A stretch of DNA of 64,000 nucleotides from Daphnia carinata. Lineage: Eukaryota. Each line of letters begins with the position of its first letter. Positions within the stretch are counted from its first letter, which is position 1. The DNA lies in contig NC_081331.1 of the NCBI RefSeq assembly GCF_022539665.2, forward strand, positions 12,772,001 through 12,836,000, given 5' to 3'. Of this stretch, positions 47,260 to 60,541 are shown one piece after another. The translations under genes were made by a program, and so were the position numbers. The notes under the pieces are model-generated. The model was given only the letters and a program-made list of their open reading frames with translations, did no database searches and was not told the DNA's origin.

Positions 47260-50200
47260 TCAAACGTATTCATTAGTGCCTGGATGGTTGAGCGGTTCCA
47301 CTTCAGGCGCTGACGCTTTTGACCGCCCGGATGGCGGATTTTTCGACAGGGAAAACTTATCCTCGGTCGTTTTGCGGTACACGGGATTATCAAAGTTCAT
47401 ACTCGTCGCGTTTCGTAGCACCACATGTCGGTATACGAAGAAACTCACCTTTTGAAAATAAGAAAGAAACAGCTTAAAGTTAGTGTTGCCCAATGGATTA
47501 ACAATACTGTAACGAAGATTACCAAGGCAATAAGAATAATGATTGCAGCGACTGCGCCAATTATCAACCCGGTAATGGTTCCAGAGTCGTTCGCTAGGGA
47601 CTGGGGAACGTCCGCTGAATTAGACTTTGATGTATCGTTGACTTTCACTACTGCAGAAAAAACTAGCTGAATGTATTTAACTAAAATAATTCTAACGTAT
47701 TTTTTGTTTACCTATCGTCGTAGAGGTAGTCGTGGATGTCGTTGAAGCATTCCGTAACAAAAGGTGCGCTGAGAGATTTCAAAAAGATGCCAAATGAAAT
47801 CAAATAACCCAAGAAAACAAACATTACTGTAGCTTACTTTCAACACAGTTAAGTCCGTCGTCTAACAGTTGAAAGTTATCTGGACAGGCGCAAGTAATTT
47901 TAGCCGAACGGTCATTGATCTGGGGCGCAGGTAAGCAGAGGTGAGAGCAACGGCCGTTGAAGGGCATACAGTGATTGGGTCCACTTGGTTGCCGATACGA
48001 ATGATAAACATGGACTACCATGGGCAGCTGCGACTGGAAGTGAATTAACTCTTAAGATTGCTTAAACCGGATAAAACAGTTAAACAAAAATACCGAATGG
48101 GTTTGTGTGACGGATGTAGCATTTTTGCCATTAAACTTGTTGGCTCGCATGATGGTTCGATGGTCCCAGTCCGACCAGTAGATCCAGTCTTCAAAAACAG
48201 TCACAGCAAAAGGGTGGCCAATAGCCGGCCCGGAAGAAAGCACAACGCGTCTGTTGGATCCATCGTAATCGCAACTACCGATCATATCCATCTTGGCGTC
48301 TACCCAAAATAATCGTCGATCTACCCTGTCCAGTGTAATGCCGTTGGGCCACTTGATGTGTGAATCAATCAATACTTGTCGATGAGAGCCGTCAAGACCA
48401 GAGCGTTCAATGCGTGATGCTCCACCCCAATCGGACCAGTAAACCCAGCCTTCCAACGGATCAACAGCGATGGATCTTGGTTGTTGCAGTCCTTCTGTCA
48501 GCAACGTCTTGCGGAATCCACCGTCCAAATCCGATACTTGAATCGAAGACACCAACGACTCCTTGGAAGAATCGGTCCAGTACAAATGCCGATAGATCCA
48601 GTCGACAGCTAGCCCGTCGGCGTTGACTACATCGCCGAAAGCCACGACGGATTTGGTTTCACCCTCGTCGATCGGGGCTTTGTAGATGCGCTCGTCGTTG
48701 ACATCGCTCCAGTACAGCATGCCGCTCTCGAAGTGAAAGTCAAGGGCCGTCGAGCTGTGCGTCTCATTGACAATGGACGTCAAATCGCGACGGTCGAGTG
48801 AGAAGCGACGGATATCCGTCCGATGGGTGAAAAGCAAAGCCGAGTGTCCTTCATTAGCTTTGCAACGTGTTCGGTCGTGCGGATCGCGGGTGTAGCCAGA
48901 CAGACACTCGCACTTGAAGCTGCCCTTTTCATTGATGCACGTCTGCGAGCACGTCCCAGGTTCGAGACATTCGTCCATATCTAAAAAGGAAAAGCATGTC
49001 CTTATTCGTGATGTGCTTGTTTTGTTTTTTTACATTTTGATGTTTCTACATCATTAGACATGGTATGGAAAAGCATTTACCAACACAGGTCGAGTTGTCG
49101 GAAAGAGCGTAACCAGGATGACATTCGCATCGGAATCCCCAAGTCGTATCTATACAAGTGTGTAAACATCCGCCGTTATTTATGGCACATTCGTTGACAT
49201 TGCATTTGCCCTTAGGTTCATCCTCCCATTGTCCACAATCATTCGCTCCGTCGCAGACTTTATCAAGACTGATGCACATTCCGTCGCCACAGTCAAATTC
49301 AGTTTCGGAACTACAACCCACTGTGGTGGTACCTAATTTCAGTAATCAAATTAAAATTAAAACAATCACGCAAAACTTTATATATATATAAACAAAGCAA
49401 ATACTATTGCAAGAAGATTCGTCCGACGTGTCGTTGCACTCGGCCGCGCCGCTACATTGCAAATGACCCGGAATGCATTCGCCGTCATCGCATCGAAACT
49501 GATCCGGCCGGCATGTCGAAGGAGAGCAATTGTGTTCGTCGGATCCATCTGGACAATCATGATCACCATCGCATTGCCACCTGTAAATGCAATCATATTA
49601 AATAATCTTTTCAGCTATCTTTGAAATCATGAATTATTACGAAGAATGGATGCAATCAATTCCGTTAAGGCATTGAAATTCTTGCGCGGTACATTGATTC
49701 GTTCCGTTCAGTGCCAAGGACGGGCAATCCTGTTTTAAAATAACGTTTAAATTTTTATTATTCGATATAATAATCAAGGATAGGGAAAAACCCGTACCGC
49801 TTCATCGGCTCCATTTGCGCAGTCGACAAAGCCATCGCATTTCCTTTTATTAGGAATACAAACATTATCACCGCAATTGAAATTGTTGTCGGGTGGACAC
49901 GTGTCTTCCGGGCAATGATCGCCCTCATCCGAATGGTCGCCACAATCGTCTTGCCCGTCGCAAAACCACCTTTTCTGAATGCAGCGACCATTGGCACAAG
50001 TGAATTCTTCGGCAGTGCAATTTACATCTGCAACAAGAAATTGAAACATTGAGATCAAGAATGTAATTCCGCTAGCTAATCAGCGTTTCGCGGAATTTGC
50101 ATGGGTTGCAATTAAGAAGCAAAAAGAGTTGCGTTGATCTCATTTGCTTTTTTATCTCGGACGACAGCCGGAGGTATCAAGTTTCTTGCAACTCAACTGG

Positions 50201-52330
50201 AAATATGATTGGCTCTTAACGAGTTTGTGTATACTTCAATGCCTTTCCAAAAGGCTGTCGCGAGAAAAGCGCAAATCGTTCCACCTCACTCCCCACCCCA
50301 CCCGTTTTTCCAGCACTGAAAAGAGAAACAAAACAAAAATACCCTCTATGGAGTAAACTACTTACTGCATCCATCCTCATCCGTCCCGTCTGAACAATCG
50401 GCATTTTTATCGCAGACCCATGACAATGGGATACATTCACCGGCTCGGCTTTTACAGGCGAACTGCTCTTCAGTACATTTCTTTACTTCTGTAAAATAAA
50501 AAAATTCATGATCGATAAATCAATTATCGATTTCGGAGACAATCGAATTAGAGCACAACAATGTGAAAATACGCACGGCATTTTGTTGGATCCTCGTCGC
50601 TCCGATCGTCGCAATCCGGTTCTCCATCGCATTGCCTGAAAACGCGAATGTATAATTAATGTCGAGGTCGAACGTCTTATGGTACTCAAGGCAGTGGCTT
50701 AATTATAGCTTACCATCGTTGGGGTATGCAGCGCACGCCGGATAAGCACTGGAACTCGGTATCGGCGCAGTTGACCGACCCTATTGCAAAAAAAAAAAAA
50801 AAAGAAAAGTATATTGGCAAAGTAGGTCATACTGCTCAGCTTGACTGCGTACAAGAATAAAACGGAGCCTTGCTTTTGGCAAGGTAGTTCTTTTCCCTCA
50901 GCAATCGATAGCCGGAAGACGGAATGAAATCGGACAACCGGAAAACGATTCAAATAGCGCTATTTCAAGCGAAACTTTTTATGACTAGGATGGCGGTTAT
51001 ACGACGGTTATTTATTCGATTCAAATTCCGCGTCTTCTCAGGCGTCGGTATAATCACGACGAGGGGTAACTAGAGTCAAGAACCAATAGGAACGAAGCTA
51101 TCAATCATTCCACATTGAAACCAGACCAATGGGAACATGCAGCTACGTCATCGACAGATGGCAATCGTTCGTTCACGCGGTCTTTTCAATCGTCCCATGG
51201 AGCCGCTATCGATGGTGAAACATGTCCTTTCCCGATCTTCTTCCCCTCCGTTTTCCATTCAAGAGCCGTCCTTTTTTCATGGATGATGGGATTTTTGTTG
51301 GTGTAAGCCTTCAAAAGAATTCTCCGAATCTAACTGACGGTAACGGCCGTCTCATCAAAAGGGGATTGCCCACATATTGCTCGTCGACTAGCTACCAAAC
51401 AGCTTCCGGACGGGTAGAAAAAAAAAGATGATATGAACGCTTTTCATTTCGATTGACTAACAAACGTTCATTGCTATATCGTGTAGAAACAGCTGACAAA
51501 TGATCGATTTTCCGTATAGGTGGTGCTGCTAACGAGACGTAACATTTAAATGGAAAACAGTATAGAAGCTAATAAAAATAACTACTTGTGATCTATTGTT
51601 GCGGTCGGCACGTTATTTTATCCTTGGGTGTGATTGAATTTCCGTTACGGTCTCAAGAGTCTTTCCCGCCACGATGAAAACAGGTTTCAACAGCGTGGAA
51701 CAAAAGTGGGACCATCCGAACCGACCAATTCAATGCCGGCGTCACTGCCCCTATTGTGAAAATTCTGTATCCTCATTGGTTGAAAAGACGACCGCGCCAC
51801 TCACCAAAAAAAAAAAGGAAACCGTTTTTTTTTTTATTTTTTAACAAGAAGGAACTTACGGACAGAATACTAAAGCCCCTCAGACCCCACCTCTTTAATG
51901 CTTTTCCCCATAGACTGTCAAAACCCCTTTAGGCGGTCTAGTGAGTTTCGGCAACCTGACGCCGGCTAATCTTCCCACGATAAGAATTGTAAAAAAAAAA
52001 AAAATTATAAAGTATTGTCAAATAGGCGGAAGTGCAAACTATGACGTAAGCTGGAAACTTACCACGGCAATGTTCATTTTCATCTGATGAATCATCACAA
52101 TCGTTTTCGCCATCACAAGACCAAGAGAAAGGAATGCACCGGCCAGAAGCGCATTCAAACTGGTGCGATGCACATACCTCACCTGTTCGAAAAAGAAAAG
52201 TTAAAAACGTTAAATGAAACATGGAATTCAGGTTAAAACATTCATGCGTACCTGCTACAGCTGTTTTTAGACACATGAACAGCAAAATGATCAATAACGT
52301 GGTGGAGCCAGGTTCACGGTAGGGCAGCAT
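47260..52330 (-). CDS. Lipophorin receptor / VLDL-receptor-like LDLR family member
   Basis: Signal peptide, a run of LDLa repeats ([13 protein letters not shown] etc.), EGF repeats, YWTD beta-propeller (LYWSD, LYWTD, VYWSD, LFWVD, IYWSD), third EGF, Thr-rich segment, TM helix, cytoplasmic [12 protein letters not shown]. Confidence 0.93.
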
Positions 52331-54764
52331 GGTTTTCCACGAAGTCGTCTTGAATGCCGACGAAAATATGAAAAATTCGGTATATCAGGAGGCCAAGCAC
52401 GTCACGTGAAAGTCTTGCCTTCTCAGGACTTATCACTCAATTAATCTTCAGAATCTTTAACCAATTAGTGCAACTAATTCGCCAACACTCACAGCCACAC
52501 GAGGTAATGGAATTCTAAAACTATAAAAGAGCTTAATCAAGGACTGATTTACTTTGCTGTGTGGCAGTAGCCAGTTGGTCCGAAGAGAGCTAGCAGACGA
52601 CCGATTTCTAGGGCAACCGGGCACTCACTGAGCTGTGTATGTGTCTAGTGACGTGGTACGGGACCTAAGCTCTCGAGGCTCTGTAGTAGAGAATATAGTA
52701 GGTACGCATAGATCGGGTAGTGGCAATATTTGTGAAGCCCTGCGCAAAGCAGACGACGCAGGATAAATCATAAAGTACAGTACAGCACCTCAAAACATAC
52801 AAACACGACAGAGTACATCATGTTCACCACACAAGGGAATGAAATGAAATCTTGGAAACGGTTTTTCCATTTGTTTTTTTTCTTTTTTCTTTTATAAATC
52901 TTCGTTTTTCTTGGCATTGCCCGACTTTGACGGCGTATTGGAATTGTTTGAAAGTCGCATCCAGATCAAACAACTTTTCTGTTCGTTGCTAATGCCAACT
53001 TGGCGTGCGCGCGCGTCTGACACTTCGAGAATAAAACGTGAAATTTGAGAAACCTCTCTTCAGTTTCGATTCAACGGAGATCTAGGTGAACAACGTATAT
53101 TTTTTGAAATTTCATTTTCCTTTTTTGGGGGAGGTTACGCGGAAACGTGTTAAAGCAACCGCAGGCATTGACGCAAGTTTTCTGTATAATGAATCAACGT
53201 AACATTTCTTTTCGCCCAGGGTAAAAAAAAAAAAAACATCAATTAATGATTAAATCATAACCCTTGGTAAAAACTCACATGTCTCGAAAAGTAATTTGAA
53301 TATTCTTCCAATTAAATGGGGTATCGGACATACGACGTAAAACGAGTAAGAAGCCGGCTTGTTTGACTGCGTTCCATTTACGATAAAGATGATCACGTGA
53401 TTCAGAATGAAGAGGAAACGACATCGTTCCATTTCGTCTCTTGACAACATGGTTGAATTTCACTTCAAAACCCAAGGCTCTTGTCGGCTTTTTTTGTTAG
53501 ATACACCCTCTTCTCTCAAGGCATTAAAGTCCGGCTCCGAAGCTGATGCAATAATCACCAGCAGACGCCATGGTCTCCCAGGACAGGCTGTTTGATTCGC
53601 TGAGTTGAGAGCCCTACATATACACGCCTTAAAATTCTTTTATTGAGGAACCTCTTTTTCCCTTTAAGCTCTATTTTTTTTTTTACGTGTATTTTTTATG
53701 TTTTTTTTTCTACTTACGCGCAAAAAGCCTTACAAATACACGTCCAAGCGATCGGCCGTAACCGATGCTTCCAATAAAACATCCTCGTTGAAGGTGATTA
53801 TTTGCGCGTGCAGTGATATTGGATTTTAAACACCCTTTTGCCTTTTCTTTTTCTCAACGAACTCTATCTAATCATATTTGTCTTTCGATGTGGCAAATGA
53901 AGGGCACGATGCAGGTAAGCTGGAGTCATTTCGACGTATGCATTAAGCCGAATCAGTTGAGCTTGACACTAGACAAGGCGGGGCTTCCGCTGGCGTCATG
54001 TGTCTTGTCAAAAAAGCACAAAGCCAAAGCTTTCATTATGACTAAACGCACAGTGGCATATCTCTTAGACGCGTACACACGGATACAGAATTCCACTCCT
54101 GGTACACATCCGCTTATTGCGGGAAAAAAGAGTCATATATCCGGTCCGTAGTCCTCCATTACGATACTGTAAATATTGATGTGCCATGTAGGCTTCAGCA
54201 CGTCTTTATATGCGTTCACTTTTCCTTTCGCTCCTCATATCTGTCAATACTCGACGAACCGGCAAAACGCGTTCGTCCGATAGGGAAAAAAAAAGGGAGT
54301 CAACAACACAAACAGGCCTTTGCAAAATATATGAAAAAAAAAAAAAAGGAAACGAATCTCCAATTTTCCGTGGCTTATGTACGTCAAGTTTCTTTTGTGG
54401 CTGAGCGCAACATCGATCCATGTATGCAGACCTCCCGGCGGAGACATTTTATCATCAAAAGAACCAACCTAACAACGCTTTCTTCCTTTTCCTACACCCC
54501 CTTATTTGACTCACTTTTCGCTTTTTTGCTCTGTAAATGTCATCAGGCTCTAATTGAAGAAAGAAAGAAAAAAGAACAACAGAAATTGAGCGCATGTACA
54601 ATAAAAAGTTAAAATGTATATATATTATTTTTGTTGTTTACGTTTATGTATGTGAGGCGTGCTATAGACAGAAAACGGGAGACGGGGCGATGAGGCGACG
54701 GCCAACGCCATCTGTGTTCAAGAAGTCCGCATTCTAGGTCCAACAAATAATAACAGCAGCAAAA

Positions 54765-57700
54765 TCAATAGTCGCCGATGTAGGTGGAATAGTTGCTGGA
54801 ATAGAGGCCGCTGTCGTACGATTCATTGGTGCGTAACTTTCTAGCCAAGTTGCTCCCAACAGATCCGCTGGCAACGGAACGGCGGCTATGCGCCGTCATG
54901 TTGGATTTGATCGTCGACGTCGAAAGAGGTTGGACGGCCTGAGGCTGATCTTCGCCAAAAGTGTAGAAACTTTTAAGCTTGATGCCGTCTGTCTTCTGGT
55001 CAACCCCACCGTTGACTGAATGGCGGTCCCGTCCCGTTCCGTCTGACCCCAAGCTGGACTGCGACTCGTCATCCGTATCGTTCTCCTCATCACTCGGCGG
55101 CGGCGGAGGTAATGACTTCTTCAAGAGCTTGGAAGCTGAAGATGACGGACGTCGTAGAGTGGAGCCGGCCGATTCCGTTTCGGAGAAAGAGTCTTCTACT
55201 TTGTCGAGCAGCTTGCGCCACGTTTTCTTGATCCTAAAAGTCTTTTTATGATCCTTTAGCGATCCTTCAAGGTGACCCATACGAGCTTTCAAAGACATGG
55301 CTATTTCCATCCCTTTTGATGCGCCGGATATTCGGCTTTCTTCCCGTTCAATCTGAGCAATCCGCTCTAGGACGTTGGGTAATTTGATGCTGCCGCTGGG
55401 CGACGGATGGCTCAATATGAAATGCCCGCTGTAGATCTTGCTCTCGTCGTCGTTTTCTCCGAGGCCTTTGACGGCGGAAGTCGCGGTAGCGGCGTCCGCT
55501 CTACCGGAACTCCCGCCTTTCCCGTTTTTTGGCGGAAGGGTCGGCGGAGGTGTCGTCGGCGATTCCGTTTGGACTCCTCTGGAACTGTAAGGCGGATGTT
55601 TGACCTTCGGTGGATGTTGATGAACTCCTATTGGAGGTTTCAAATCTCTTGGAATAGATGGCGCTGCTATTGGACTGCCCACTGCTTTGATTGGTAAAGG
55701 TGGAGGTGCGACTGGCTCGGCCGGAGCGGATGATGTTTGGTGGTACATCCTGGATTCATCGTTTCCTGACAACCGGAGGAGAATTTGAGGATTGGACGCA
55801 GAAACGATTCGGCTGGATGGTTTCTTGGTGGCTTCCAGCGTTGCCGCTGTCCACGTCCCGACTTTCGTTTGATGCGTCCGCGCTGTGTAGATTTGACGTA
55901 GGGAAACCACACTTCCGGGTGGAGGCAATTCCTCTTTCTTGATCCAATCATCCTTGTTCATCAGGCTCTCGCCAGAAGAGCCCAATCCGGAAGAAGAAGA
56001 GGACGGCGAAACGGGCGCGTTATTGTTACAGGAGCTCATCAGCTTATTAATGGTCGACTTGACCGGCTGAATGGGCCGTTCCAGTGAATCGGCGATAAAG
56101 CTTTCCTGACGTCGGAAAGGTGGCGCCGTTTGCGCGTCGTTACTACGTTCCAACGTATCCGGCTCAAACTCGTCTTTCAAATTCCGGATGTCATCCACCT
56201 GGATGGTCAATTTATTTTTGAGGCAGTCCTCGACTATTGTAATTTTACTACTGGAACTGGACGAATTGCTGCTCGAATAAATCACTTCTGGCGGCTTGCG
56301 GAAGTCTCTATTAACAAAGATGCCGTCTTTATCATGATTGCGGCCGATCGTTTCGTAAACATGGCTACGATCGGATGCGTTCGGCTTGATTAATCGCGGG
56401 AGGGTAGGTGCTCCGGTGTCCATATTAAAGAGCTGATTGCCCACTTCCATCGCCTCTTGGGCTGGAAGGACGCGGCTAAGCGATTTCATCGACGTGCACG
56501 TACTAGAAGTGTAACCAGCCGCACTGCTGCTATTTTCATCCGCTTCACGCATTTCGTCGTTCGTGTCCGGATGTTGGACTCGTTTAGACCAACGAGGCGG
56601 CTTCTTCTGGTACAGGTGAGGTCTGCTATTGCCCCCGTGATTCGAAGGCTTCCGATCCAGGCTGTCCGGCTCAAAATACGTTTTACGCGTCGTTGCTGGG
56701 CGCCGTAATTTTCGGCATTTTCGACTCCGCCTCGGAGACTAAATCGGAGACGGCGTCGCTTTCAGCCCCGTTGTCAGCGACCCCTTTGGTTCTTGGCTGC
56801 AGCTGATGGGAACGATCCAGTGACCGGTAAATCTCTTCAATGGACGGATTGGTGTAAATGGAAGCGAGATTCGTTTCCGAAGTCAAACTAGTTGATTTTC
56901 TTCCCGGTAGAGGGCTCTTCTGAAGGAAATTGGTCCTTAATTCCATGGGATGGTAAATGTCGTCTTTGTTTTCTGACAGCTTAGCAGCGTCGACGTTGTC
57001 GCCTGTCACCGTCTTCCGATTAAGTGAGTTTCGCTGGAGCGAGTCGTTTTTCTTTGTTGGCCTTTTGAGAGTTCCGTATGAATTGCGCGCGCTCTCCGGC
57101 TCGTCAATGGTCGTGAATGGCGGCCTGTTGTTGAACGAGCCATTACGACGGAACTCCTCGGCGTAATGCGACAAGCCTTGATTACTTCCGTAGCCGGAAT
57201 AATGGCTCAACTCTTCCGGAATGTCAATTAAGCTCGGCATGAATCGTTTGGAAGACATTTTGTCTTTAGCCACGTCAATCATTCCACGAATGCGAGACAG
57301 GAATTCCAGCGCCGCGGGAGGAGGTGACTGCTGAAGAACATGGCGCATTATTTCATAAACACTGACCGATTAATCTATGATTTCATTCTTTCACATACTT
57401 TGAGTAATTCCAAATCAAAATAGGCCGGACTGAAGTAAAGCCGTCGATTGTCATTGGTCATCATCGGAGAATCCCTGCGATAGTAATAGGCTGCGTCTTG
57501 TCCAGCATCGTCAACCGATGGATCCCGGAAACAATCTTCCGACTGACTGCCATTGTAACGGTAGTTATTCATGGTCGGATGAATGTTCCCGGGCGCGTTC
57601 GACGGACGATTTCGTCGATTTCCTTCCTACAAAAAACCGCAAACAGATGACATTACTTTTCATTTCCGCGGGTGATACCATAAGGAAAACTGATTTTTAA

Positions 57701-60541
57701 TGATTAAACAAATAGTGAAAATATTTAAATGGATAATTAAAATTAACGAGCAGTAAAAAAACAAAAAATTCAAGAGATTTTGAGAATTAAAATGAATTAC
57801 GGATCGTGATTCCATATTAGAAGACCGATGATGCTGTCTGACATTCTTTGATAGGTCAGAGGTGGCCGGATGACTGCTATTTCTGGCGGATTGGAGTAGC
57901 GGATTGAGTCGCATGATGCCCAATTCCTGGACAGGGGTTGACGGCTGGGCGGACAATTTTATGTGGACGTTCTCCAGCTGGCGCTTCCGTCGCCGGTAAC
58001 AGATGAAACCCACAAGACCGGCCACGTAGAGCATGCCCAGAAGGGCCGAGCTAATGCCAATGGCCAGATAATCTGCATGGCGCAGTCCGCTTTTCTCATC
58101 GCCACCAGGGCCCCCATGTCGGATAGATTCTACCAAACCTATTTTTTTTTCCCGATACATTTATCAAAACGAAAAAATTAAAAAAAAAGAGAGAAACATT
58201 TCTTTACTAAACTCGAATGATGGCATCGAAAATAAATCAGGAGAAATAAAAACCATATAACCGTCATCGTTTGGGCAATAGCAGTGGGATGGACCCACTA
58301 CACATAATCGCATCCGCCATCTTACAAGATCAAAAGCAAATCAAAGTCGGCTGCCAACAAACACATAAAACAGTACAACTAATGTTAGTTTGCACCAAGG
58401 GTTTCTCGTTCTCGAAAGAAAACACGATTTCTGGATACCATCCACCGATGATGGCATCAAATCACGTGAGTACGTTCCCGATGTTTTCCTTTGTTTACTT
58501 TTTTGGGGGGTATTCTCAAATCAGGTTTTTTTTTTAAATTGAGAAACTAGATTGACCTTTAGTTTGAAACTGTGTGTATCATAGTCTTTTTTTTTTCTAG
58601 ACGAAAAAAAAGAGACTATGGCTGCGCGTATTTGATTTACTTTTGATGCAAGAAATATAGCCTACGGATTGGAGGAGATGAGCCAATTGCGTGGCTGGCT
58701 ATGCAAATCATCTCTGGGGGGAGACAGGCGATAATGGATGAGGTTCACTGCATCACCCCCGGAATCGACAAGAACGAGAGTTCAAGTTTAGAGGAACGAA
58801 ATAAAATGAATTACCTGGACTGCCGGCGACGCGGAAGGCGATGCAGGGCGAGAAGACACCAACGCGCGCATTGGCCGTGTCCTTGCAGAGCAACTTGACC
58901 AGGACGATCCGGCCTTCCATCAATGACCGAAGTCGCGGTTCGCCCAACCACTGAATGAAAAAGTACCAATTTCCCATTGCTATATAATTCACTCGCAATG
59001 ATATGTGTGAGAGATTGTTACGGTCAGTTCACCTGCAAATGTGTACGCCCGGATTCGCGAGCGAGAGCGAACGGTAGTTCCCGATCTGTTGGCATGCCTG
59101 ACGACGAATTATCCGTGGCTATCCATCCGGAACGAGTGAGAAAAGTTGATTTGGAGACGACGCAAACAGGTGAAACGACCACTTGACCTTCAGCCCGTAC
59201 ATCTTTGTTGCATCCATAACAATAAAAAAAAAAATAGATAAAAAGAAGAATATGAATTATCTAGTGATGGACCAAGATCAATAACCTTAAAACAAGACCG
59301 TTGCTCTCTGACAGCTATCTTCTTTTTTTTTTTTTTTATTTAAAAAGAAAATATAATCCACATGGGTACGGTGTTAAATTACCTGAAAGGGCAATTTCAG
59401 CATTGGGGTTGATCAGTTGGCCTTGGACGGGTAGGAAGACGAAAGGCACTTTCTCCGATTGGATCCCACTGACGTAATCGGCCAACGCGCATTCTGTGAT
59501 ATAACAACAGGTACACCCAAAATGAAAATAAGGTGGTGGCGACAACGAGGAATAAGAAGTTTGATTGCACCCTAGAGAACTAACGGATATGTCCTATCTT
59601 CCTTCACGGGAACATGCGTACATAATAGTATCAAATTTTTTGGACCTCAATAGAAGATAAAAAAATAACATAGGAAAATGAAGGCAAAGTATGGTAGCTC
59701 TGGATCAGTTGCGGTATAACTGATGCCTCATCTTACCAGATGGTTCACATGGCTAGAAGGGAAAAAATCGCTGGAGCGTTAATTCATGGACATGTAACGG
59801 GAGATGGGGAATCAAAATATATATACATATATATATAAAAAAGAACATTTAAGATCCTCCCCTTAAGGGTGACTCCAAATTCCTTGCGGGCGGAGGTCAA
59901 ACGGCCTGTCTAACGATTGGTCCTACAGCTTCGTTGATTTGAAAATTGCAACTCTACAAGACAAAGCCAACTAGTTGATGACGTTGCTGACCAACAAAAT
60001 GGATCTTTTTTTCACGCCCATCCCTCCCCCCGGCCCACTTTAACAATTATTAACTACGCATCATCTTCTTGTATCGTGACGAGGGATCATTAGACATAGC
60101 GAAAAAAAAATATAAATATACACTTGATGCCAATTTTTTACACGAGCCCACCAATCATAAATCTTCAAATTAGATGACGGAAAAAACATACATACCGTCG
60201 ATGGTGCTAACGCATTGCTTGAGGTCTTCACGGTAGATGGGTCGATCTATGGGGCACTGGCATTGGCAGTGGCGGCCAAGCCGGGCAGCAGATAGGCTTC
60301 CATTATTTCGCTGACCGAGGGCCGATAGGCAAGCCGCAGCATTGCATTCGCCCGAGGCACCTGTATCGATGTTTTTAATCAACCGTCATCTTACTGTACC
60401 GAGAATTCAAGATGAATCGCTTAAAGAACCTTGATGTGAAAAGATGTCTCCCTGCGAGTGTCGATTGATGGTCGAAGGTCCGCCCGTCATGGCCACGACA
60501 AGTTGAACAACAGCCAACAGAACAAGCCCCAAGGAGTGCAT
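54765..60541 (-). CDS. Shavenoid-like single-pass membrane protein with long disordered cytoplasmic tail
   Basis: Signal peptide, RHSQGDIF, Cys-rich CQCQC..YREDLKQCV, KVPFVFLPVQGQLINP, TM DYLAIGISSALLGMLYVAGLVGFICY-RRRKR, YFSPAYFDLELL, ALEFLSRIR, repeated FEPD(S/T)L(D/E)R motifs. Family assigned from recalled similarity. Frame break at 56683 (see findings). Confidence 0.72.

Noticed and set aside
50290..50315. Possible microexon in the lipophorin receptor intron
   Set aside because: The AG/GT-bounded segment is 26 nt, not frame-preserving, and no convincing alternative boundaries were found.
54896..57166. Alternative-frame and antisense ORFs within the shavenoid-like exons
   Set aside because: Expected by-products of long GC-richer coding exons; no independent motifs.
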